A stretch of DNA of 64,000 nucleotides from Heterodontus francisci (Eukaryota): positions 63,434,170 to 63,498,169 of the forward strand of contig NC_090385.1 in NCBI RefSeq assembly GCF_036365525.1. Reading direction: 5' to 3'. The first letter of the stretch is position 1, and the number at the start of each line of letters is the position of its first letter. The notes beneath the pieces were generated by a model, which saw nothing but the letters and a program-made list of their open reading frames with translations, was not told the DNA's origin and did no database searches. Both the position numbers and the translations under genes were made by a program. Positions 51,031 through 61,751 of the stretch are shown here, in pieces.

Positions 51031-51667
51031 TTTCCTTCTCAATATGCCTTACAAATCTTTAGGAAGTATCCCATGTCAGCAGTAGTGGCAAAATTGCCAA
51101 TGTTGCAGGCTTGCCCGCAATATCTGGAGTTGGGCCCAAAGATATTAGATTTGTCCTGGATAGATTAGAAAATTTAAAGTATTATCATAAGGTTTTGGTT
51201 GAAGTGATTGCTTGCAGTAAATTTTCACATAAAATTAATAAACTGTTCAAATATGTCTGTCAGCACATGCATTGTATATTTAGCATACCTGTAACTTTGA
51301 GTGTCGTATGCTTGCAATGCATGAACCGAAATTGAACATGTGCTACTGGGTTGGCAGTAGTGTATTTGAACGTGTAATTAATTTCCTGTTCGTAATTTTG
51401 TTTTACGAGCCAATAGTTTATCTCACATGGTAGTTCTCATGCGAAATGAGGATATGCTCTTTGATGAGGAAGTGGATCATTGCAGTATTACAGTAGGGGA
51501 TGGTGGTGGTGTGTTAACTCAGAAGCCCAGGCTAATGCTCGTAGGACACGAGTTCAAATCCCACCATGGCAGCTGGTGGAATTTAAATTCAAGCAATTAA
51601 TAAATCTGAAATTAAAACCCGGTCTCTTTAATGGTGACCGTGAAACTGTCAGATTGTCATAAAACCT

Positions 51668-53760
51668 ATAGAGTCATTTACAACTGCTACGAAAGTGCTT
51701 CCATTTAAAAAATATTTTATTTTTTTGAGGATTTGTGTCAAAACTGAAAAGTTTCCATGGATGTGTATTTAACCAAGTTCACTGAAAGGACACTTGAGAT
51801 GTTGTTTGAAACCAACCTGTGCTGGAAATCATGTGCTTTAAGCTCAACAAACAAGAGAACCTTGGTGACTTGGGGAAGATATTTACAGAGAAACCACGTC
51901 AAGGTTTATGGAGGTCAGGAGGTTGACTTTCTTGTTGGGGTGTGAACAGTTTTGAAGACGGTTGGTGTTTTGCCTGGCAACGAAAAAGAAACCACCCAGC
52001 TCACCTCTTTCTCTACCTCTTTGAAGAAACCCGACAAAGATCCAGTGTGGGAGAGCTAAAATCCCTGGTGCTGCATTTCTTCTGAGAAGCTGGAAAAACC
52101 TGCCAGATTAATTCTCAACGCCGTCTGAAAAGAACTGCTTTAGAAAAGATCTCAGTGACTCGTCTCCGTATACCCGGACACCAGACCAAAAGGAACAACT
52201 GACTTCCTTCCATATGTTATCTTTTTTTCTTCAAGAATTAGCAAATATTTGGCCAGTTTTTTTTTTGTCTTTTTTTGTGACATACCTCTACAGAGAGGTG
52301 TGTGTGTGTAATTTATAAAAGGGAACTTCCATATTTCAATCTGTATGTTAATGATTTGCTTCATTACTGGATAAATCTTGTTTGATAAACTGATAGTTTT
52401 GTTGTTTATTAAAGAAACCGGGTTGGTGTATTTTATTCTGAGATAGAGCATATAATTGACTGAATTGGTAACTGAGTAACCATTTTTAAAATATATGAAA
52501 TGACCTGTGGAGAAGTGGGACCAGAAAAGATAGTGCACTCCTCCCACCTCGGTCGTAACACAGCATAGAAGGAGGCCATTCGGCCCATTGAGTCCATGCA
52601 GGCTCTCTGCGGAGCAGTCCAGTCAGTCCCACTCCGCACCCGATCCCCGTAGCCCTGCAAGTTTACTTCCTTCAAGTGCCCATCCAATTTCCTTCTGAAA
52701 TTATTGATTGTTTCCGCTTCCACCACCCTCATGGGCAGCAAGTTCCAGGTCATTACCACTTCTGCGTTAAAAAGTTCTTCCTCATATTCCCCCCTGCATC
52801 TCTTGCCTAAAACCTTCAATCTGTGTCTCCGAGTCCTTGTACCATTAGTTAATTGGAACAGTTTTTCCCTGTCTAACTTAGCTAAGTCTGTCATAATCTT
52901 GTACACTGCTATCAAATCTTCCGTCAATCTTCTTTGCTCCAAGCTTTTCTAATCTAATCTTGTAACTAAATTCACCCATCCCTGGAACCATCTGATAAAT
53001 CTCCTCTGCACCCTCTCAAGGACCTTTTAAAATCCTTCCTAAAATGGGGCGATCAGAACTGGGCTCAATACTGTAGCTGGGGCCTAACCAGAGCTTTATA
53101 AAGTCTCTGAATAACTTCTCTGCTTTTGTACTCAATGTCTCTATTTATCAAGCCAAAGATCCCATATGCTTTGCTAGCGACTCTCAATTTGTCCTGCCAC
53201 CTTCAAAGATTGATGCACGTGTATCCCCTGGTCCTGACCACTCTTCAGAACTACACCATTAAGTCTATATTGCCTCACCCAATGTATTAAATTCCATCTT
53301 CCACTTGTTTGCCCATTCTGCTAGCCTATCTATGTCTTGTTGCAGGTGGTTCACATCACCCTCACCGTTTGCCACTCCTCCAAGTTTGGTATCAACATTA
53401 AATTTTGAAATTCTACTCTGTATTCCCAGATCCAAGTCACTTATAAATTGCAAATAGGAGCAGTGGTCCTAGCACTGACCCTTGGGGAACAGCACTGTCT
53501 ACCATCCTCCAGTCTGAAAAATCAACAGTTACCACGACTCGCTGTTTTCTGTCCTTAAGACAAATTTTAAATCTAAGCTGACACTGACCCTCCTATTCAA
53601 TGAGGCTCAATTTTGTTCACCAGCCTTTTACGTGGTACTTTATCAAACACTTTCTTAAAATCCATATCGACAGCATCCACTGTATTCCCTTCATCAATCT
53701 TCTATGTTACCTCATCAAAAAATTCAGTTAGACTAATCAAGCATTCAATTAAATTAGTCA
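51668..53760 (-). mobile_element. CR1 3' part, tail interrupted by a solo LTR
   Basis: QRRLTEDLIAVYK; EWANKWKMEFN. Confidence 0.88.
51685..52560 (+). mobile_element. Solo LTR (876 bp)
   Basis: TGCTACGA...TCGTAACA termini; 4-bp flanks CAAC/CAGC; host CR1 tail rejoins across it; ATTAAA at about 52408. Confidence 0.78.
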
Positions 53761-55194
53761 AGCTCTGATTCACTAATGTCATTTAGAGAAGGAAATCTTC
53801 CGTCTTTACCTGGTCTGGGCTCCATGTGACTCCAGACCCATAGCAGTTCACCCTTACATCATCATTGTCAGCTGTCCCCTGATTTGGGGACGTCATATAC
53901 TCAGAGTCTTCATGTGACTGAGCAAGTCGATTTTCGACCTGCAGATCTTTGGGCACAAGGGGGAGGGTGTCCCACGAGGTAGTGGGATCCAGAGTGCAGG
54001 ATTTGCTTCCTTTTCTTTTCTCCTCTGCCGTCAAACTGCCTCATCATTAAGGCGTTGGAACTTGAAGTGCAATGCAGCTTGGTGGACAAGTTGTAACATT
54101 CTGAGCGGGTGGTAGCAAGTTCCTCCCAGCTGTTAAGGTCAATGCAACCATGCTTCAAGGAGAGCTTCAGAGTGTCTTTTAAGTGTTCTCTTTGTCCTTC
54201 CCTGGAATGTTGGTATTTTGAAAGTTGAGAGAACAGGACCTGGCAGGGGAGACGAATTTCAGTCATGCGGACACAGTGGCCAGTCATCGGAGTTGCTTTT
54301 TCAGGAGTTTTGCCTGAATGCTTGTGGATCTGGTTTCAAGAAGCACACTAGCATTTGTTCGATGGTCCTCCCATTGCATTCGGAGGACGCAGAGGTATTG
54401 CTGATGGAACTTCTCTCGTGCTCTTATGTGTCATTGATATACTGTCCAGGTCTTGCTGCAGTATAGGAGCATGGCGATGACAAATGTTTTGTACGCTAAG
54501 ACTTCTGTTGATTTGCGGAGGTCTTTGTCAAACATGTGCTGCCATATTTTGTAGAAGGCTGAATAAGCGCAGCTGATCCAGTATTGGATCTCCTCATCGA
54601 TGGTGGCCTTTTGAGGCTCAACATATTCCAGAGTGTCTCCTTCAACATATATGGGAGATGGAGTATTTGGCTGGCCAGGTGTGGGTTGATAGGAGTTTTC
54701 TTTTGGCAACATTCAAGGACAGGCTGAGTTTCTTGTATGCAGAAGTGAAGAGATCGAGAGTGGCTTGCAAGTCTGATGCAGAGTGGGCAACAACACTGCA
54801 GTCATCTGCAAGCTATAGCTCATGTATATGTGTGGTGGTCAGTTTAGTTTTGGCACAAAGACGACTGAGATCAAAGAGCTTTCCATCTAATGTCCTTTAA
54901 TACTGACACCAAAAGGCAGTTGATTTTTGATGAGGTGAATAGCCACCGTTCGGTAGATTATGAATAGTATGAGGGTTATCACACAGTCTTGCCTGACCCC
55001 AGCGCGGCTATTGAAGCCGTGTGTTTCAGAACTCCCACTAAAGACAGTTGCAGTCATGTCGCCATGAAGCAATTCAGGATTGAGATGAAGTTTCTTGGAC
55101 ATCCAAATCATTGGAGCACAACCCACAAAGCCTCGCGATTTACTGAGTTAGATGTTTCAGTCAGGTCAATGAATGCAATGAAGAGTTCCTGATA

Positions 55195-56702
55195 CAGAAG
55201 CAGGAAATGCTGGATATACTCGGCAGATCGGGCAGCATCTGTGGAGAGAGAAACAGAGTTTACGTTTCAGGTCGTTAACTTGCATCAGAATTTGCAAAAG
55301 TTAGAAATGTATAGCTTTTGAGCAAGGGGAAGGGGGTGGAGAAAAACAAAAGGTCTTTAATAGGGTGGAAGGCAGGAGAGATTAAATGACAAAAGGTTCA
55401 ATGGTACAAAGCCAAGGATTCAACGGATCATTCTCCACCATTTCCACCACCAACAAATACATCTTCCCTGCCCCTCCCCTTTCAGCATTCCGAAGCGAAC
55501 ATTCCCTCCACTACGTCCTGGTCCACTCCTCAGTCACCTCTAATACCTCCCCCTTTTCCTGTGGAACCTTTCCATGCAAGCGAAGGAGACGCAATACTTG
55601 GCCTTTAATCTCCTCCCTTCTCCCTGTCCAGGGCTCCAAACTCTCCTTGCAGGTGAAACACCCATTTATTGTACTTCTTTCAGTTTAGTATACTGTATTC
55701 ACTACTCACAACGTGGTCTCCTCTACATTAGATTAGAGATACAGCACTGAAACAGGTCCTTCGGCCCACCGAGTCTGTGCCGAACATCAACCACCCATTT
55801 ATACTAATCCTACACTAATTCCATATTCCTACCAAACATCCCCACCTGTCCCTATATTTCCCTACCACCTACCTATACTAGTGACAATTTATAATGGCCA
55901 ATTTACCTATCAACCTGCAAGTCTTTTTGGCTTGTGGGAGGAAACCGGAGCACCCGGAGAAAACCCACGCAGACACAGGGAGAACTTGCAAACTCCACAC
56001 AGGCAGTACCCGGAATCGAACCCGGGTCCACATTGGGGAGACTAAACGCATACTGGGTGACTGCTTTGCGGAACACCTCCGTTCAGTCCGCAAGTGCAAC
56101 CCCAAGCTTCCTGTCACTTGTCATTTCAATTATCCATCTTGCTCCCACTCTGACCATTCTATCCTTGACCTGTTAGAATGTTCCAATGAAGCTCAACGTA
56201 AGCTCGAGGAACAGTACCTCATCTTTTGACTGGTCACTTTACAGCCTTCTGGACTCAACATTGAGTTCAATAATTTTTTAGATCCTAACCTCTGCCCCCA
56301 TATATTTCCTTTCCTCATGTTTTCTTTGCTGGTTTGTTCCCCAACCCCCCACCCTTTTCTTTCTTAATCCCATTACTTTGGCTGCTATTCTGCCATTTAC
56401 ACCTCATCCAGATACATCTTTTGTTTATTTACTTGGCTTTGTACCGTGAAACCTTTTGTCATTTAATCTCTCCCGCCCTCCACCCTATTACATACCTTCC
56501 CTTTTGTTGTGCTTCACCAGCTCCCCACTTTCACTTGCTCAAAACCTATTTCATTTCTAACTTTTGCCAGTTCTGATGGAAGGTCTCAGATGTGAAAAGT
56601 TAACTCTGTTTCTCTTTTCATAGATGCTGCCTAACCTGCTGAATATTTTCAGTATTTTCGTTTTTGTTTCAGATTTCTGGCAACCACAGTATTTTGCTTC
56701 TG
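55195..56702 (+). mobile_element. Penelope-like element with inverted terminal copy and 16-bp TSD
   Basis: TGAAGAGTTCCTGATA at 55179-55194 and 56703-56718; ends CAGAAGCA / TGCTTCTG; GLLYI-GETKRILGDCFAEH GIY-YIG remnant. Confidence 0.9.
55730..56029 (-). mobile_element. HE1-like V-SINE, 5'-truncated, inserted in the YIG motif
   Basis: Near-identical reverse complement of 2850-3140; ACATT duplication at 55725-55729 and 56030-56034. Confidence 0.92.
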
Positions 56703-57362
56703 TGAAGAGTTCCTGATATTGTTCTCAACATTTTTCTTGGATTTGTCTGGCAACATGGTTGACTCTTAACTGCTCTCTGAGATGGCTTAGCAAGCCACTC
56801 AGTTGTACCAAACTGCTACAGAAAAATTGAAAAGGAGTGAAACTGGATGGACCACATGGCATTGTCCTAGGCAGCAGAAATGACGATGGCACACACTGCC
56901 CAGTTGACCCTGCAAAGTCCTCCTTACTATCATCTTGGGGCTTGTACTAAAATTAGGAGAGCTGTCCCACAGACTAGTCAATCAACATACTGACATAGTC
57001 ATACTCACCAAATCAATAAAAACAGATAGCAAGAGTTTCTACAGGTATTTAAAAAGAAAAAGAATAAGTAAAGTGAGTGTTGGTCCTCTGGAGAGTTAGA
57101 ATGGGGAGTTAATAGTAGATAATAAGGAAATGGCGGATGAAATAAACAAATATTTTGCTTCTGTTCTCACTATTGAGGATACAAAAAACATCCCAGTAAT
57201 AGCTGTGAATCAGGAGGTGGAAGGAAGAGAGGAACTTGGTGAAATTACACCAGAAAAAGTGGTACTGACCAAACTGATGGAGCTGTGGGCTGACAAGTGC
57301 CTGGGTCCTGATGGGCTTCATTCCAGGGTTTTAAAAGAGGTGGCTAATGAGGTAGTAGATGA

Positions 57363-60300
57363 CTCTAGCACTAGGGGCCTTTTTTTTTTTAGATTAGAGA
57401 TACAGCACTGAAACAGGCCCTTCGGCCCACCGAGTCTGTGCCGAACATCAACCACCCATTTATACTAATCCTACATTAATCCCATATTCCTACCAAACAT
57501 CCCCACCTGTCCCTATATTTCCCTACCACCTACCTATACTAGTGACAATTTATAATGGCCAATTTTACCCATCAACCTGCAAGTCTTTTGGCTTGTGGGA
57601 GGAAACCGGAGCACCCGGAGAAAACCCACGCAGACACAGGGAGAACTTGCAAACTCCACACAGGCAGTACCTGGAATCGAACCTGGGTCCCTGGAGCTGT
57701 GAGGCTGCAGTGCTAACCACTGCGCCACTCACTGGGCCATATCGTTAATTATAACAATTTAGTAAGGATTTAATAAGTATTTATTTTTATTTATTAAATA
57801 GTGCTAGAAATGTCAGAGGGGTGAAGTACTTCACCTGCGAGATGTGGGAGGTCTGTGACGCTTCCAGCGTTCTGGACAACTACATCTGCAGGAAATGTAC
57901 CCAGTTGCAGCTCCTCACAGACCGCATGGATCGGTTGGAGCAGCAACTGGATTCACTTAGGAGCATGCAGGTGGCAGAAAGTGTCATAGACAGGAGTTTT
58001 AGAGAAGTGGTTACACCCAAGGTGCAGGCAGATAGATGGATGACTGCTAGAAGGGGCAGGCAGTCAGTGCAGGAATCCCCTGTTGGCTATCCCCCTCTCT
58101 AACAAGTATACCATTTTGGATACAGTTGGGGGGGGATGGCCTATCAGGGGAAAACAGCAGCAGCCAGAGCAGTGGCACCACGGCTGGCACTGTTGTTCAG
58201 CAGGGAGGGACAAAGCGCAGAAGAGCAATAGTTATAGGGGACTCTATAGTCAGGGGCACAGATAGGCGCTTCTGTGGACGTGAAAGAGACTTCAGGATGG
58301 TATGTTGCCTCCCTGGTGCCAGGGTCAAGGATGTCTCTGAACTGACAGGGGGCATTCTGAAGGGGGAGGGTGAACAGCCAGAGGTTGTGGTATACATCGG
58401 TACCAATGACATAGGCAGGAAGAGTGATGAGGTCCTGCAGGGGTAGTTCAGGGAGTTAGGTAGAAAGTTAAAAGACAGGACCTCTAGGGTTCTAATCTCG
58501 GGATTACTCCCTGTGCCACGTGCCAGTGAGGCTAGAAATAGGAAGATAGTGCAGCTAAACACGTGGCTGAACAGCTGGTGTAGAAGGGAGGGTTTCAGAT
58601 ATCTGGACCATTGGGATCTCTTCAGGGACAGATGGGACCTGTACAAGAAGGACGGGTTGCATCTAAACTGGAGGGGCACAAATATCCTGGCTGTGAGGTT
58701 TGCTAGCGTCACTTGGGAGGGTTTAAACTTGTGTGGCAGGGGGGTGGGGACCAGAGCAGTAGGACAGCAAGTGAAATAAATGAGGGGGAACTAGTAAATA
58801 AGGCCAGTAAGACTGAGAGGAAGAGCAGGTAGGGAGATGTTGCGGAGCACAGCGGGACTGGTGGTCTGAAGTGCATTTGTTTCAATGTGAGAAGTATAAC
58901 AGGTAAGGCAGATGAACTTAGAGCTTGGATTAGTACTTGAAACTATGATGTTGGTATTACAGAGACTTGGTTGAGGGAAGGACAGGATTGGCAGCTAAAT
59001 GTTCCAGGATTTAGAAGCTTCAGGCGGGAAAGAGGGGGATGGAAAAGGGGTGGGGGAGTTGCATTACTGGCTAAGGATAATATCACAACTGTACTGCGGG
59101 AGGACACCTCGGAGGGGTCATGCAGCGAGGCAATGTGGGTGGAGCTCAGGAATAGGAAAGGTGCAGTCACGATGTTGGGTATTTACTACAGGCCTCCCAA
59201 CAGCCAGCGGGAGGTGGAGGAGCAGATATGTAGACAGATTTTGGAAAGATGTAAAGGTAACAGGGTTGTAGTGGTGGGTGATTTTAACTTCCCCTATATT
59301 GACTGGGACTCACTTAGTGCAAGGGGCTTCGATGGGGCAGAATTTGTAAGGAACATCCAGGAGGGCTTCTTGAAACAATACGTAGATAGTCCAACTAGGG
59401 ATGGGGCTGTACTGGACCTGGTATTGGGGAATGAGCCCGGCCAGGTGGTCGAAGTTTCAGTAGGGGAGCATTTCGGGAACAGTGACCATAATTCCATAAG
59501 TTTTAAGGTACTTGTGGATAAGGATAAGAGTAGTCCTCGGGTGAAGGTGCTAAATTGGGGGAAGGCTAATTATAACAATATTAGGCAGGAACTGAAGAAT
59601 TTAGATTGGGGGCTGCTATTTGAGGGTAAATCAACATCTGACATGTGGGAGTCTTTCAAACATCAGTTGATTAGAATCCAGGACCAGCATGTTCCTGTGA
59701 GGAAGAAGGATAAGTTTGGCGAATTTCGGGAACCTTGGATAACGCGGGATATTGTGAGCCTTGTCAAAAAGAAAAAGGAAGCATTCGTAAGGGCTGGAAG
59801 GCTAGGAACAGACGAATCCCTTGAGGAATATAAAGACAGTAGGAAGGAACTTAAGCAAGGAGTCAGGAGGGATAAAAGGGGTTATGAGAACTCATTGGCA
59901 AACAGGATTAAGGAAAATCCCAAGGCTATTTATACGTATATAAAGAGCAAGAGGGTAACCAGGGAAAGGGTTGGCCCACTCAAGGACAGAGGAGGGAATC
60001 TATGTGTGGAGCCAGAGGAAATGGGCAAGGTACTAAATGAGTACTTTGCATCAGAATTCACCAAGGAGAAGGACTTGGTGGATGATGAGCCTAGGGAAGG
60101 GAGTGTAGTTAGTCTCAGTCATCTCATTATCAAAAAGGAGGAGGTGTTGGGTGTCTTGCAAAGCATTAAGGTAGATTATGCCCCAGGGCCTGATGGGATC
60201 GACCCCAGAATACTGAGGGAGGCAAGGGAAGAAATTGCTGCGGCCTTGACAGAAATCTTTGCATCCTCGTTGGCTACAGGTGAGGTTCCAGAGGACTGGG

Positions 60301-61751
60301 GAATAGCCAATGTTGTGCCTTTGTTTAAGAAGGGTAGCAAGGATAATCCAGGAAATTATAGGCCGGTGAGCCTTACGTCAGTGGTAGGGAAATTATTAGA
60401 GAGGATTCTTCGGGACAGGATTTACTCCCATTTGGAAACAAATGGACTTATTAGCAAGAGGCAGCATGGTTTTATGAAGGGGAGGGCGTGTCTCAGTAAT
60501 TTGATTGCGTTTTTTGAGGAAGTGACGAAGATGATTGATGAAGGAAGGGCAGTGGATGTTATCTATATGGACTTCAGTAAAGCCTTTGACACGGTCCCTC
60601 ATGGCAGACTGGTTAAAAAAAGTTGAAGTCACACGGGATCAGAGGTGAGCTGGCAAGATGGATACCGAACTAGCTCGGTCATCGAAGACAGAGGGTATCA
60701 GTGGAAGGGTGCTTTTCTGAATGGAGGGATGTGACTAGTGGTGTTCCGCAGGGATCAGTGCTGGGACCTTTGCTGTTTGTAGTATATATAAATGATTTGG
60801 AGGAAAATGTAGCTGGTCTGATTAGTAAGTTTGCGGACGACACAAAGGTTGGTGGAGTTGCGGATAGTGATGAGGATTGTCAGAGGATACAGCAGGATAT
60901 AGATCGGTTGGAGACTTGGGCGGAGAAATGGCAGATGGAGTTTAATCCGGTCAAATGTGAGGTAATGCATTTTGGAAGGTCTAATGCAGGTGGGAAATAT
61001 ACAGTAAATGGCAGAACCCTTAGGAGTATTGACAGGATGAGAGATCTGGGCGTACAGGTCCACAGGTCACTGAAAGTGGCAACGCAGGTGGATAAGGTAG
61101 TCAAGAAGGCATACGACATGCTTGCCTTCATCGGTCGGGGCATAGAGTTTAAAAATAGGCAAGTCATGCTGCAGCTGTACAGAACTTTAGTTAGGCAACA
61201 CTTAGAATATTGCGTGCAATTCTGATCGCCACACTACCAGAAGGACGTGGAGGCTTTGGAGAGGGTACAGAAGAGGTTTACCAGGATGTTGCCTGGTCTG
61301 GAGGGCATTAGCTTTGAGGAAAGGTTGGATAAACTCAGATTGTTTTCACTGGAATGACGGAGGTGGAGGGGCGACATGATAGAGGTTTACAAAGTTATAA
61401 GCAGCATGGACAGTGTGGATAGTCAGAAGCTTTTTCCCAGGGTGGAAGAGTCAGTTACTAGGGGACATCGGTTTAAGGTGAGAGGGGCAAAGTTTAGAGG
61501 GGATGTGCGAGGCAAGTTCTTTACACAGAGGGTGGTGAGTGCCTGGAACATGTTGCCGGGGGAGGTGGTGGAAGCAGGTACCATAGCGACGTTTAAGCGA
61601 CATCTTGACAAATACATGAATAGGATGGGAATAGAGGAATATGGACCCCGGAAGTGCAGAAGGTTTTAGTTTCGGCAGGCATCAAGATCGGCGCAGGCTT
61701 GGAGGGCCGAATGGCCTGTTCCTGTGCTTTACTGTTCTTTGTTCTTTGTTC
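57363..61751 (+). mobile_element. Near full-length CR1 related to 15655..19961, several stops and frameshifts
   Basis: ORF1 pieces (CEMWE..CRKC, IGDSIV, IGTNDI, DGLHL), ORF2 58971..60626 and following pieces, (TTCTTTG)n tail; TSD TAGATGA at 57356-57362 and 61752-61758. Confidence 0.94.
57391..57729 (-). mobile_element. HE1-like V-SINE in the CR1 5' UTR
   Basis: Near-identical reverse complement of 2810-3140. Confidence 0.92.

Larger units (their letters stand above)
53846..56748 (-). mobile_element. Degraded RTE LINE, interrupted by a Penelope element
   Basis: GVRQDCV; GHCVRMTEIRLPCQVLFSQL; LLYCSKTWT. Confidence 0.8.
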
